Positions 48,703-62,586 of a DNA stretch of 64,000 nucleotides are shown here, piece by piece. Where the stretch lies: positions 5,332,001-5,396,000 of the forward strand of contig OU015566.1 of assembly GCA_907165135.1 (NCBI GenBank), given 5' to 3'. The notes beneath the pieces were generated by a model. The model had not been told where the DNA came from. It was given only the letters and a program-made list of their open reading frames with translations, and did not search any database. The stretch's first letter is position 1; each line of letters opens with the position of its first letter. The DNA is from Oikopleura dioica (lineage: Eukaryota; Animalia; Chordata). The position numbers and the translations under genes were made by a program.

Positions 48703-49275
48703 ATGAGTGGAAAAACGAACGCCCAGCAAGCACTAATCAATGAATGGACAGCCCTACAGCAGGAAGAGGAAGCGCTTGACAGTAAGTTCATGATGGAATC
48801 GAGAAGCCGCTTGCGGCTTAGAGCTATAAAAACAAAAAAAAACCGCGCTCTGCGGGGCACTTTCAATAACTGCCGTGTGATTTACCTGATGTTTGTAGGG
48901 GGAATTCGTTATCTGGCCGACCAGCTGAAAATCTTGGAACGCGACGAGCGGCGAATCCGATACTCTATTCAATTGTTCGACGAAAATGAGCGGGCGAACA
49001 ACTTGGAACTCACTTCTGGTCACTTTGATGAGGGATCAACTGACCAGCCTCAAGTTAATCAATCTCTTCCCTCCATTCTCCCACCCCCTTCTGCTCAATC
49101 AGAACAAATGCAACACCCAGAGCCAGTTATTGTGGAGGAAGAGGAGGAACAACTCGCTACAATTGAAGAAGAGTCAATGTCAGATGAGCAGGAGAAAATT
49201 CCAGAGCCGAAGAAAGCTAAAGAGCCAACTGGAAGAGTTTTACGAAGCCGAAAAAACAAGAATCTTGCCAAATGA
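48703..49275 (+). CDS. Orphan 190-aa protein: N-terminal coiled coil, acidic/Pro-rich tail
   Basis: ATG-initiated 573-bp ORF positioned between two conserved genes on the same strand; no family recognised. Confidence 0.6.
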   Translation: MSGKTNAQQALINEWTALQQEEEALDSKFMMESRSRLRLRAIKTKKNRALRGTFNNCRVIYLMFVGGIRYLADQLKILERDERRIRYSIQLFDENERANNLELTSGHFDEGSTDQPQVNQSLPSILPPPSAQSEQMQHPEPVIVEEEEEQLATIEEESMSDEQEKIPEPKKAKEPTGRVLRSRKNKNLAK

Positions 49276-49417
49276 ATTGAAAAATAAAAGCTCAAATGAA
49301 ACAAAAAAAACTCTGTTTCCTTCGCATTTGCCTTTTCTTTGCCCTACCAAGCCTAACCCTAGAATAAAGACGTGAAGCAGACTTGATTTTAAACCATTTT
49401 GTTTTACTAGAATTGTT

Positions 49418-50331
49418 ATGTCCTCCCCAAATCGCAGAAGCCCGACAAAAGGTCTTTCAAAAGACACGCAAAACTTGATAAACCAAATGATGAAGGACAA
49501 GAAAATCACCTGGAAAAAGCAGAAGGAAATCACCAAAGCGATGAGGGTCGGCCAGGCTCTTCCAGTTGAACGTAAGCTTTTCTCTCTCTTCAGAGCTTTA
49601 ATTTGACCTCTTCATCAAACGGACGAGTATTGAGTTGAAAAACAAAAGATAGGAACTAAAGCTGGCTAATTAAGTTTGTAGGTCAGATTGTCCCAGATTC
49701 TCGTCCATTATTGACCACTAAAGAGAAATCTTTACTCTGTTGACTTGTTTCACTGAAACTGGCAATTAAAGATAATCTTATTAAGCGGAACGAGGAAACC
49801 AGCCCTACGACATCAGTGAGCTGTCCACCCAAGAATCCCCCTCCAAATCCTTCAATATGACCTCTCGTTCGATCATCAACAAAGAATCTCGCGAAGACAT
49901 CGAAAAACGCGGCGGCTACGAACGGCCCCAGTACAGAGGCGGCGTTTGCGTCAACAGAGATCACCTGAAAGACCAGTTTGTAAACAAGCTCGCTTTTGGA
50001 ATGGAAGACCCTGTTCGCGAGTATCGAAAAATGAAGGCAAAAGAGCTCCAAGCGCCGAAAAAAGAGGCGGCGGACAGATTTACTGAGCTAGAAAACGAAA
50101 TCAAAGAACGGGAAGAGTTTTTAAAAAGCATGGAAAAGCTCGGTCAAGGTCGGTTTTATCCCTATTTTTCTGAAAATGGACATGTTTTTAGGGCAAAAAT
50201 ACGAAGCCGGAATCAAAAGCGAAATTTCCTCGATCATCCGCGAAATGGAAAAGATCGATTTGGAACGAAACGAAGAGCTGGAACGAAAACGCGCTCAGAT
50301 CCAGTCCAAAAATTCTAGCATCACAAATTAG
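49418..50331 (+). CDS. C22orf23: UPF0193 protein EVG1 homolog
   Basis: TQNLINQMMKD.KIT...G.ALP and DRFTELENEIKEREEFLKSMEKLGQG..Y...I.SEIS..IREMEKID match EVG1 motifs. Confidence 0.85.
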
Positions 50332-50454
50332 CCTTTCTGTTTGACTCTTCCATGTCTATTTTTATATAATCTGCTTCTATTTTTCTACTAAATAAACGCT
50401 CTCTTTTTTTACAGTCGAGCAACAGTATTCACTTTCAGAAGAAAAAAGAATGAG

Positions 50455-53400
50455 ATGAGTTTTTTCAAGGGTGGAAATAGCATTTCTACCCGCGAGCTTG
50501 CGGAAAAATGCGAATTACAAGAAGCACAGTTGAAAAAGACAAAGACTAGGCTTGCGAACCTAGTTGCTGCTTACAAGACACTTCAGGTTCGTTTCAGGTT
50601 TTATTTATTTATTACAAAAGAAGAATGTGTATGGTTTCAGATCAGTTCAGACAAACCATTCAGAACTAATTGAGTATTTTGGTTCATTTCAAGTAAATCA
50701 GTTGTATATTTATCAATAGAGATCTCTGTTTTATCAGTTTCTAGCACTATTACAGTAAATTTTGACAAAAACCGTATATGGTCTATCCATGCTCTAAAAG
50801 TACTTTCGAAGTCATTTCATCGTTTTTGGTAATAACTGAACACCTCTTCGTACTTTTTATGCTTCACTAGCAGCTGATTTTTCATCCGTCGGGGATGGTG
50901 GACAGATGCAAGTCAGCTTTTTCGACAGCTGTTATTTATCCATTGATTCTATGCGATTGAATTTCCGCTAAACTATATTTTTAGGATGAAAAGAACACCC
51001 TTGAAGAAAGCCTAGCAGCTCTTGCTTCCTCTCCGGAACCAGCCAAGTCTGAAACTGATCCGGAATCGACCGAGAATGGCGAGTCAAAAGACTCCTCGGA
51101 GAACGAAAGTCAATCCGACTCTTCCTCAGCTGATCAAGCAAAAATCGCCCGTCTTACCTCTTCCCTCGCGCAAATGAGCGCCGAAAGGACGAAAATGCAG
51201 GAAACTTTCCAGAACGACCGGAAGAAGATGAAGCAAGAATTTGAGGAGCGATTTTCGAAGCTGGAAAAAGATCATGAAACTGCCGTTAGCGAGAGAAAAC
51301 GCTATCTTGAAGAGCTGAACGAGTACAAAAGCAGCACTAAGGAGAGGATTCTTGCGATGGAGGCGGAGACGAATGCTTCGAAAATTACAAACAGAGAGCT
51401 ACAAAAGGTAAATTTGAGAGAAATTTCAATTTTCGAAGGGAAAAAATTCCTGCATTTGGACAAAACCTACTTTTATGAAAATAGATTTTTCTGACTAGCT
51501 ATTATGAGTATCGTTCTACAATAAGTTACACCAAAGTTTCAAGGCATTTTATATTTTCGAATCGACGGTGAGGCTTGACGCTATCGTCAGAGAATCTTAC
51601 CATAAATATCAGCTGTCGTACCACTAGATGCCGCGAGTAAAGATAACTGCATAAAAGCCTTTCTCGGAGGTAAAATTTTACCCCCGGAGGTTTGAGAAAA
51701 TGATGCATTTTTTGCAAGTTTAGATACCGATATTGACCCTGGAGATACTTAAAAATCCATTGAATAAATTACTACTGGAGAATTGAATGTTGGAATAAAT
51801 ATCTGATAACATGTTGAATTCGTGTTTTTTAGCAACTTAACTCCGAGCGCAAGAAATCCGACGATTTCAAGCAAAATATCGCAACTCTGAAAGAAGAGCT
51901 GAAAAACTTGCAAAAGCGCTCTGAGGAAAAATCGAAGCAACAGGCTTCTGAATCCAACGAGAATCTGACCAAGCAGTTCGACGAAAAACTAGAACAAGCG
52001 AAAAAGAAACTTGCGGAGAAAAACGGAGAAATAAAAAATATCAAAACTCGCGCAAATGACAAAATTTCCGAACTCACGCAAAGTAATTCTTCGCTGCAAA
52101 AAACAGTTGACGAGCTTCGGGAAAAATTGAAGTCGACGGTGGAGGCAAATGAGACAAAAGTTTCGGAACTCGAAGATAGAATTACTGGAGTGACGAATCT
52201 TTGCTCAGAGCTTGAAAGGGAAAAGTCGGTGGAAGTTCAGAAGACTCTTGCACAAAAAGAACTCATTGAACAGGTATTTTCAATTTCTGTTTTTTTTTCA
52301 GAAATCACTTTACAAAGTTTTTGGACAATCATTTTTTCATTTATTTATCAAATAATATCAGAACTCATATTAAATTCAAAAAAAAAACAGACAGCCATAC
52401 GAACTTCTTATGAAGAAAAACTGAAATTGATCAAAAGGCATCATTTCATAGAGATACAATTTCCGTAGGACCCCGCTTCATCTTGTAATTTTCAGGGCTA
52501 TCTTCACAGCCAAAAATTATCTGAATCAACTTCATGTAAATTTCTTGTCTTCTCATTTTACGAATCCTCGATCATTATTTTTAAATTGATAATTGAAAGC
52601 GATTTCAGTTTCTTTATAAAGACTGGAACTTCAGTACTTTCGTCGGTGGCGCTCTAACGTACTGAGTTAGGTCACATGTGGCATGCTGTTAGAGGACAAT
52701 TTGAGGAGGATTACAGTAATCGACCTTATTTGCTTAGCCCATTTTCCATCCTCCGAGTCCTTGGTTGACCGATTTTTATCTCCCTTCATGTTATTTTTAG
52801 CGATCAAGTTCATTTTTAGCTGCGCGAATCCCAAGCCCTAACCTCGACAAACACATCAAAAGACTCGGTCCAAGATGAGAAGCAAGACTACTTCCGTTTA
52901 TTTATCCAGGCGCAGGACGACATCAAACAGCTGTCACTCGAGCTCGAAGAAACGAAAATCAAGCTCGTAAAAAAGGATGAAGAGGAAAAATCAGCGCCAA
53001 AGGCTCAGCCGGTCGGATTCGCGGATGAGCTGAAAGACGAGATCAAAAGTCTCAAGGCGACGCTTATCACCGTCAGGAGGGAGAAAGAAAAGCTCAAGCA
53101 GCAAATCGACGCGAACAACGAAGAGCACAGGATGAAACTAGAATCAGTGAAGATTTCAGGTTCTTTTCCTCGAATTCAAAATCCATCTCCAACCTTTCCT
53201 TAAGCGGATCAGCAAAAAATCGACTCCGAAAACCGCGCCAACGAAAAAATCGCCGAATTCGAAGCCGAACTCGCCCAAATGCGAGAACGAAGTCAGAAGA
53301 TTCTGGCTGACAAGGATAACGAAATCGAAATCCTGAGAAAACAAAATGACGGAGCTGAAAAAGAGCAGCCAGATTCGGTTGGTCAATTGATGCAAAATGG

Positions 53401-53912
53401 GGATGCTAATATTGATACTGCCTTGATTATGTACGCCGAACAGGTACAGTCGATTTTACAGTTGAAGATCTCCCTTCACTTTAGATTAGTTTCAAAATTT
53501 CCAAATCATGTTTAGTTAGCCCGAAAAGACGTAGAAATCAACACCCATCGGAGCCGTCGAAACGAGCTAGAATCGCGCATCCGCGGTCTCCAAGAAAAAC
53601 TCGCCGAGTCCCAAGAAGAAGTTCATTCTTTCAAAGAAAAGATTCAAGCCCAAGAGCGTGACGACTCGCCTGCTTCCAAGGAGTACATGAGAAACTTGAG
53701 TAAGCTTGAGAAAATTTACATAAGAAGGGAGGTCTATTGTGTGATTTAGTTGTTCAATTTCTGGCGGCTCCCGAAGGGACGAAGAAGAAATCGATGCTGG
53801 CGGCGCTGGAGACGATTTTACAGTTCACAAAAGTTGATGTTTTGTAAGTTTTCATCCCGTTTCGTCGTTCTTATTGCATTCTAGAGCGATGAAAAAGCAG
53901 TTCAAGCGCTAA
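50455..53912 (+). CDS. GCC1: GRIP and coiled-coil domain golgin (GCC88-like)
   Basis: N-terminal RLANLVAAYKTLQDEKNTLEESLAAL, extended coiled coil, C-terminal GRIP-like EYMRNLVVQFL...MLAALETILQFT. Confidence 0.82.
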
Positions 53913-54068
53913 ACGAAGAGCCTCATACCTTCTTAGAATTTCTAGGTGCAATATTAAATACCGACTGTTATAACTTTTCCTTCCTCAACTCTTTTCTGTA
54001 ACTCTTTTCAGCCTCTTTCAAAATAAAGTTCAGCGAAATTCAAAGTTCTTAAATGCATCTTCAAAAGA

Positions 54069-54832
54069 ATGAGTCTGTACCAAGAAGTTCGACTTCATGA
54101 AAACGCCCGTGACCGCGAAGAAATCGAAAACCAGGCAGAATTGTATTCAATAATCAAGACTCTGCAAGAGCTCGAAAAGGCGAATATCAAGGATGCAATC
54201 AGCACGAAAGAGTACGAGAATCAGTGCTCAAGGCTCTTAGTGCAGTACAAAACTGCTCTTCCGCAGTCTGAGATAACATCTGGTGAGTTGTTCCGCCCAT
54301 GAGATTTTCTTGCTGTTTCTCATAGAAAACTTATCGAAAACTATCGCTAATGAGAGCTGCTTTAGTGGAAGAGTTTGTGCAAAAATACCGTCTCGATTGT
54401 CGCTTGGCAATGGCGAGAATCAAGGAAGACAGACCGATTACGAACAGGGACAATAAAGGAAACCAAAATGTGCTCATCGCCGACGTTATTGCTGGCTTTA
54501 TCTCGCTGCAAGGTCTGAAAGCAAGGAGGACTCTTATTATAAGTATTTTTTCAAGATCGAATTCACTTGGAAAACTACTCGAAAGACAGTCTTTATCCGG
54601 AACTCCGCGAGCTCGTTGTCAATCTCGATCGAATGACGGACGTGCCTGAGGGAATTAAAGAATCGCAGAAATCCTGGGAGGCTGAGCTTCGACCCATGGC
54701 TGCGTCAGATGAAATCACAGGTTAACCAACCCTTTCGTTTCCAAAACAACCGGTTTTGTAGAAGAACAAGCTCGCCAGATGCTCTTCGATCTGGAACAAA
54801 GCTACAACGCATTCCGCCAATTTCTCGATTAA
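54069..54832 (+). CDS. VPS28: ESCRT-I subunit VPS28
   Basis: LYQEVRL..NAR.RE...NQAELYSIIKTLQ.LEKA.IKD, YRLDC..A..RIKEDRPIT, MAASDE...Q.RQMLFDLE..YNAF. Confidence 0.96.
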
Positions 54833-55012
54833 CCTTCTCTTCTTCCGTATTTCTTGTTCTTACTCTCTTCACTGTTCCCAGATCATGTAAAAATGCTCAA
54901 AAGATGAATCATCAAGACTTTTTTAATTGCAATTATTGATAAATCTGCTTTTTCAAACTTTCAATCTTCATCAATAAAAACATTTTCAAAGAGCGAATTT
55001 ATCAACGTAAGC

Positions 55013-58000
55013 ATGGCAGCAATAATGACCAGGCGAATTATTGCGGAAGATGATGAGTGGACGCTTCAGACGGTTCCGTTTCTAAGACAGATTGCTCTCA
55101 AAACTATTGGTAAGTAAAAAAGAAGTAAGGCAAGGAAATGATATTTTTTAGTTGCTAATTGGAATGATTTTCCTCACTTTTCCGAGCTGCCGGGCGAAAA
55201 GGAACGATCGGTACTCGTCGAAAAGCTCGCCCTCGACGTTCCACTTGAGAAAGCTGTTTTGATAGACGACAATACGTACTGGAAACGGCGGGCGGATGAG
55301 ATTTGGGCACTGGTTCGACTTGACTCTTACTCGATATATTTTGAATAATAAAATTTTCCGCTCTTTGAACCAGATTAAAGCCAGTTTACGATATCGCTCG
55401 ATATGGCGGCTCCTATAAGCGAATGTTCTTGGAAAAGACGCTGGAAGAGGCAATCGAGCATTTTGTCCCTAATCGAAGCGATATCGATGAATTGCGAAGA
55501 GTTGTAAACTTGGCCAAATCGGAAGTGAGGCGACTCAACATCGAGCAAATTTTACCCCCGATTCCGGACATCAAAGAAATTAACGAAGAAGACGACGATG
55601 AGGAAGACAGCCCTAGCCATATGGACTTGTCGCCCATCGTCGCGGAATTGAAAAAACTAGAAGAATTCAGCATCCAATTCCAGGTCAAAAACGTCGGCAT
55701 GAATTTCGAGTGGGGCTTTTTCACGGTAAGAATTGGGAGTAAAGATATTTGCAAATAAATAAAAGGAATTTCATGACTTCCACTTTTCTATTGATCGAAA
55801 AATAAAAATTGACCCCGGAGATGCTTGAGGTGGCGACGGGGGATGAAATTTGCGGAAAATTACCGCAGACTCTCGTGTCGTTAAACCCCTAAATAAACCT
55901 GTTATCGCGGCGATCAAACGGATAAAATTTATATGGCGTTGTTTACTGTTTACCGTTGGGTTTTTTATGAAGAGGGGAATTTCCCAAAGCCGTTTCGCTT
56001 GCATGTATTTGAATGACTGAATTTTTCTACTTTTAAAAACCAAAAAACGACCCCTTGAACTCATTTCAAAATGGCCCTTGAGTATTTTTTTCGCAAACAA
56101 TGGGTTCTTGAATGAGTTCATTTCCAAGCAGTATTATTTTCGCTCAAAACAATCATTTCAATTAATTGAGCAGCCCAGTATGAGCCCGAGAAGGGTGGCT
56201 ATACGGACGGGTGACCATAACTCAACCAAATGTCATCGATTTGCTGCCAGCTCAGGAAGTTATCAGCTCGCATGAAAGAAGTTTTTATATTGATCCAGAA
56301 ATGCGTAGAAATGCTCAATTGCCTGTGAAATGGCAGAAAGGACTTATTATGAATTATTTCTTCGAGAAATTTTTTCCCTCAACATAACTTTTAATACTGC
56401 TATGGCTTCATGAAATTGTCATGACATTGAAATGTTTCAACAACTACGTCACTCCCTACGTTACTTTTTCAGTCAACTTTATCACCAACAGGCTCAAATT
56501 TCCGCTCCCATGCGTTACAAAATGATGCTTTTTAACATATTTTTTTTTTGAATAGAATAGAATCGTTTATTTACAGAAATATTTAAGTTTACGCAACACG
56601 ATGCTTTAATGATTTCTTCGACAATGGGAACTTGTCCACAGCTGAAAGTACTTCGACTGACGGAATCGCGACTGGACGATGGAAACGCTCGGATCATCAT
56701 CAAATCTCTTCTCAAACATCCGAACCTTCGCGTCTTGGACTTGCGAAGAAATCATCTCAGATGCTCGGCTGCGAGGGCGATCGGAAAGGTGCGTAAATTA
56801 GAATTTCTCGGGCGGTTAGTGTTTCAAAAACTTCTTCATTTTGTGCGAGAAGCGGGCGCGGAGGGTTTTCTTCTTGATCTCGGGCATTTGTTGACCAGGG
56901 CGGAACATGCAAAGACCAGGTCCAGCCTAAAAAGAAACTCGGTCAGGCGGAAATAAGGGATGACAAGGGGAGCGGAAATTGTTGACAACTTCCGTTTTCC
57001 TTGACTTGTTAGTATTATTGTTGGAATAAAAGTAGAACTAGAATTTTTAGAATCGAGCTAAGAAAAGTGGAAGCTTTTGATCTAGATCCCATGGAGATTA
57101 ATAATTATTTCTCGAGAAGTAAGCGCTTTAAATCTAATAAATAGATCTCATTAACTAATTGAACAATTACGGTTTTCATTGATCACTAGAAATCTTACCT
57201 CGCAAAGAAGACATCGGTGGTTTTTAATCTCTTTTGGGTTAGCTTCCATCATTTTTCTTTCGCTTTTCTTTGGGGAGTTTTTGAGGAATGAGAGGGAAGT
57301 CTCTTTTGTTATCTGCAAAAGGGAATAATTGAAAACCGTTTGTCGAGATGTGATGTTCCTCTGCGGGGCGTTTTCGGTTAAATTCGCGACAGATCGATCT
57401 CGAGCGCCGCCGGAGCGCAGTGTGGGATGCTGGCCAGGTGTTTCTTGTGCTGGCCGATCGAAGCCTTTGATAAGAAATTACGCTTATGGTATCACTCGCA
57501 GGATCGGTGAAATCTGTCTTTATGGGAAATTTAATAGCGCGACAGGATGTGAGCAGATGGTTTCGGCGAACTTGTCATTTGAAGATTTTATTTTCTCAGA
57601 AGGAAAAGCGGCTGAGAAACAGATGGGCAGGGTTGGGCATGGGAAGGGTAGAAGGTTTAGCGACTTATGGATGATTTTACGGAAGGGGGACAATTTCGGG
57701 TAATATTTTTTTGATGGAGTTTTTGAAGCTTTTGCGGTTGAAAATTTCTATTGAAAATATAATTGTATTTCACGCTACAGATGATTTTTTCAGTAATCTG
57801 CATCGGCGATAATTTAATCCCCTTTTCAGCTTGTATCGACGGTGAATACGCTCGAAGAGCTCATCCTCGAAGACAATGAGATCGGAGACGAAGGCGCTGG
57901 GGCGATTGCTAATTCGCTTTTGAAGGATCTCACGAGACTCAAGACTTGGGATTTTTTCCTTGATTTTTCCCCTTGATTTTTCGTGTTTTGAAAAGTTTTT

Positions 58001-58452
58001 GGTTAGGGTTATCGATAAGAACCTAAACAGCTTTGCAAACAATAAGCAAAAATAAATCCCAATCGGTAGAAACTGAATTTAACGCAAAACTTTATCAACG
58101 ATATCGGTGGAGAGCTCATTTGCGACGCCCTCGAAAGCAACTCGACCCTGACGAACTTGCATATTGCTGCGAATAATCTCGGAGAGGGATTTGGAAAGGC
58201 ACTTTCCTGTAAGTACTATTGATTTTTCAAGTGCCCAATTTCCGGCGTTTTCTAGCTGTGCTGTCGAAGAATGAAACGCTTGAAGAAGTGTTGCTTGCTT
58301 CTTGCAATATTGGGGAAGAATCCGGCAAGAATCTTCAACACGCGATGCGGAGCAACTCGACTCTGACTTCGATTGACTTGAGATTGACAGGAGTCACGCC
58401 TGATTCTGAACAGGCGATTCTCCTCAAAGTTGAAGAAAATCAAACGTTGTAA
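55013..58452 (+). CDS. TCTE1: Dynein regulatory complex subunit 5 (LRR protein)
   Basis: RRIIAEDDEWTL..VP.L, YW.R...W-PVY..A.YGGSYKRMFLE, VKNVGMNFEWGFF, LTESRLDDGNARIIIKSLL.HP.L..LDL, followed by RI-type LRRs. Confidence 0.92.
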
Positions 58453-59019
58453 AAAAAATATTAACGAAGCTAAACTCTTTTCTACTGCTCTATATTTTTT
58501 CTAATAAACATATTCTATTTTCTTATCACCTTTTCCAACTGTTTTCATCCCTTTTTTCCCAGGGCTGAGATCAAAAAGAGTACTAACAACTGACAGGAAT
58601 TAAAAAGCCGAAATCAAAAGAGCTTTACATACAATTTTGGAGCATTTTTTCAATATAAAAATCAAGGTGCTAGGTGAGCATCTCAGGTGGCGTCTTCGAG
58701 GGATAATTTGGCGCAAGTTTGGCTTACTCTTTTTGGACTTGAATCCACGCAAGCGTGAAACGGCTGCGGCATGCACATGCGTTGATTCTGCGCAATGAAC
58801 TTGGCCGCGGTTGTGTGTTTTCCCTGACACCGATCGTGTTTTAACCGATTGACGGGTGGTAGCTGCGTTTTGGGTTTTAGAGCCTCCCGTGCTTTTTATA
58901 TTTATTTGGATAACCTAATGCTGCGGAACTGTAGCCTGCAGGAGAGAACTGCTAAAAAAATACTCGATTAAAAGAAACAGATTCTGCAAAATCAATCTTT
59001 ACTATTTGATCTGGACTCT

Positions 59020-60632
59020 TCAGGCGCAATAATCAGCGGAAACTTTCAAAAGAACAGGTATCGAACTATGAAATGTGTCTCCAATGACTTCTTGATTGAC
59101 CAGGTTATCTCCTTCTAAATCAAGTCGCTGAATTGAATGTGGATCTTTGTAACCGGAGACGATGAAAATTGAATCGTCGATCATTATTCCAGATCCTCCG
59201 TAGTCAGCCTGAGATGAATTTAACTCTGACAATTATTCGAATCTGAAGCTTACGTTTTGAAGATTCCCGATCGTTTTCCAAGTGTCGTTTTCAAGAAGCC
59301 AAATTGCAGTTTGAGCAACCCAGTTGTCCTCATATGTTTCTCCTCCAGCCAGTAAAAGATTTCCACTCGGAAGGCCAATAAGAACATGATAAGCAATTAT
59401 CCTTAAGATTTTTATTTAAGAATCAAATTTTTTGAAATACATCGGGAAATCGTTCAAAGAAACCCAGCCAGTAGAGCTCAGAGTCTCCACCTTTTTCGGG
59501 CTAGAAGAGCCAAACCAGTCGCCCCCAACTGTTGTCGGTTGTCCCTTGAAGAATGCCAGTTTGCCTCCGTAATGCCTCGATGAGGTCGAGTAAGTTGAGA
59601 TTGCCGATTCTCCGTCGTATATTTCACATTGAGTAAGGAACGTGTAATCGAAACAAATTAATGCACTGTCATTAATAGTTAGTGCGGCGGATCCAGCAGA
59701 ATAAATGTTGGTCATTTGTTGAGGCTGTTCTATCCATTCACAGCCACTCAATTTAGCAATCTTGAGAATATTTTTTCAAAATGATGAAATGCGTTTACTT
59801 TGCGTGAGTCGCTAAATCCACCAAAAATGAACAACTCGCCCTTGACAAAGGCATGCGGAGCTGCACGAACGTAGCGGTCACTTTTTGCGATGATCGTTTT
59901 TTGAGCTTTTGTTGATCCATCGAAAGAAATAGAGAAAGCCTTTTCCAAACTTTCCCCCATAACCAAAATGTGCTTGAAGTAAAATTTATTAGGATTACTT
60001 ACTTGATAACTTTTACCTCATCAGATGTTGAGATCGTTGTCGTTATGACTGTCGTCGTTATTGTCTCCTGAATTCTTCGTGTTATGATTCAAAAAATTAA
60101 TGAACAATTCATTTCGTCAACGCACCGGACAGATATGATTTTCGCAATTAAAGCATCCTTCTTGACAGTTTTCTCCACAGGGACAGTTGTCGCGGCAACC
60201 TTAGAAAACGTAGAAATTTTTCACTAATTTTTTTTTACTTTGAAGTTCCTTCTCACAGATTGATTGGCAGTACTCCGTTTCGCAGAGGAGACGGCATCTG
60301 TTGTATTCGACTCGGCAAACATCTTCGCATTCTGATTGCAAGTCTTTATCCCTGAAAACGAATTGACACGAAATCCAAAAATAATAAACTCACGGGCAGT
60401 CGTCTTCCTTGATTTCAAAGCTTCTCTCGAGCTCGCCATTTTTCAAAAATCCAGGTTTGTTGGCCCCAACAGCTTCTGATTCAAGATCTTCTAGATACAA
60501 ATCAGTTGAATTAGAAAACGGTCTAGGGCGAAAATTATCGTTGCCAAGAAAATCCGACCGCTGACGAGCTTTCGAGCTGCAATTGACGAGGAAAAGGCCC
60601 TCCAAAAAGATAAAAAAGCTTAAAAAAATCAT
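59020..60632 (-). CDS. Secreted Cys-rich + Thr-linker + beta-propeller-like protein (tandem copy 1)
   Basis: MIFLSFFIFLEGLFLVNC leader, CRDNCPCGENCQEGCFNCENHIC, poly-Thr linker, APHAFVKGELFIFGG, ALICFDY...CEIYDG, GLPSGNLLLAGG; ends VSADYCA*. Confidence 0.8.
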
Positions 60633-60958
60633 TTGTGAAGTTGGAACAATTTGACTGGATGATTTTTTTTGAAGTTCAGGCAAATTACTCAGTAAATGTC
60701 AAGTTCGTTCTTCAAGTCGATTTGATATTTGCGTTCGTATAAAATCGGTGTATCGGGCGCTTCACCTGATGAAATTCCGAGAAAATAAGAGGATAATTGA
60801 AGATAATTAGCGTCTTTTTTCATCAATTTGTCTATCGCAAATTTGCCCGAAGAAATAAATCTTTCTTCAGGTTCTTTCAGTCTGAAAGTTTCAGATGAAA
60901 ACTGCTCGGGAAAAAAGAGATTCAACAAAGTCAAGATTTATTATTTGATGAGGATTCT

Positions 60959-62586
60959 TTAGAGGCAATAATCAGCAGAAACTTCCAAGAGAACGGGAAT
61001 CCAACTGGCAAAAGAGTTCCCAATGACTTCTTGATTGACCAGATAATCTCCTTTAAGATCGAGTCGTTGAATTGCGTGTGGCTTTTCGTAGCCAGAGACG
61101 ATGAAAATTGAATCATCGATCATTATTCCGGATCCTCCGTAGTCAGCCTAAGATAAGATCCTTAGTTCTTCAAGAATATCAAATTATAAATTCTGAAGCT
61201 TACATTTTGAAGATTTCCGATTGTTTTCCAAATGTCGCTTTCAAGAAGCCAAATTGCTGTTTGAGTAGTCCAGTCGTCGTCTTCATAAATTTCTCCTCCT
61301 GCCAGCAAGAGGTTTCCACTCGGAAGCCCGATAAGAACATGGTAAGCGATTACACTAAAGATGAAAATTCAAAAGAATCAGTTTTCAACTACCTCGGAAA
61401 ATCGCCTAAAGAAACCCAACCGGTGGAACTAAGAGTCTCCACTAATTTTGAGTCAGAAGACCAACTATAGTCGCCGCTAACTGTTGTCGGTTGCCCCTTG
61501 AAGAATGCCAGTTTGCCAGCGTAATGCCTTTTAGCCGAGTAAGTGGAGACTACCGACTTTCCATCGTAAATTTCACAATTGTTTCTGTCCATGTAATCGA
61601 AGCAAATTAATGCTTTGTCTTCAATGGTGAGTGCAGCGGAACCAGCACCAAATCTATTCGTCAGTCTTTGAGGCTGTTCTTCCCAGTTACATCCAGTCAA
61701 TTTAGCAATCTTAAAATCATTACAGTAATTAATTCAATGCCTTAAAAATTTGCTTACTTTATAAGAATCCATGAATCCACCGAAAATAAAGAACTCGCCG
61801 TTGACTAAAGCATGAGGAGCCGAGCGAACGTATTCGTCTATTTTTCCTGTGATTGATTTTGGCGTCTTTGTCGACCCGTCGAAAGAGATCGAGAAAGCCT
61901 CATTCAAACTGTCGCCAATTACCAGAATGTGCTGAAAAGATTACCAATCATTTTTATTTCACAAAAATTACTTGTTCAGATAATGGCATCGTTGTTGTTA
62001 TGACAGTTATCGTTGTTGTCTCCTAAACATTTGGTGTCACAAAAAATCAGACTAACTAATTTTGAAAACATCCCCGGCAAATTTCGTTGTCGCAGTTGAA
62101 ACATCCTTCTTTGCAGTTTTCTCCGCAGGGACAGTTGTCGCGGCAACCTTAGAATTAGTGGAAATTATTCATTCATTTTTATTTACTTTGGAATTCCCTG
62201 TCACAGATTGACTGGCAGTACTCCGTTTCGCAGAGAAGACGGCATCTGTTGTACTCGACTCGGCAAACACCTTCGCATTCTGACTGCAAGGCTTTATCAC
62301 TTAATAGGAGTTGACACACGAACCTTAAATACTAAACTCACGGGCATTCGTCTTCCTTGATTTCAAAGCTTCTCTCGATATCGTCATTTTTCGAGAATCC
62401 CGGTTTGCTGGCCCCAACAGCTTCTGATTCAACATTTTCTTGATACAAATCATTTTTTGAAGAGTAAATAAGTGGTCTTGTGCGAAAAATATCGTTGCCA
62501 AGAAAATCCGACCGCTGACGAGCTTTCGAGCTGCAATCGGCGACGAAAACGCCCTCCAAAAAGATAAAAATGCTTGGAAATCTCAT
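60959..62586 (-). CDS. Secreted Cys-rich + Thr-linker + beta-propeller-like protein (tandem copy 2)
   Basis: Collinear paralog of copy 1 with the same intron positions; ends VSADYCL*; upstream motif TTACTCAGTAAAT...AAGTTCGTT is duplicated at ~60686 and ~62640. Confidence 0.8.

Noticed and set aside
57930-58075. Apparent non-G donor in a TCTE1 intron
   Set aside because: Several GA-donor alternatives keep frame; the junction cannot be resolved without cDNA.
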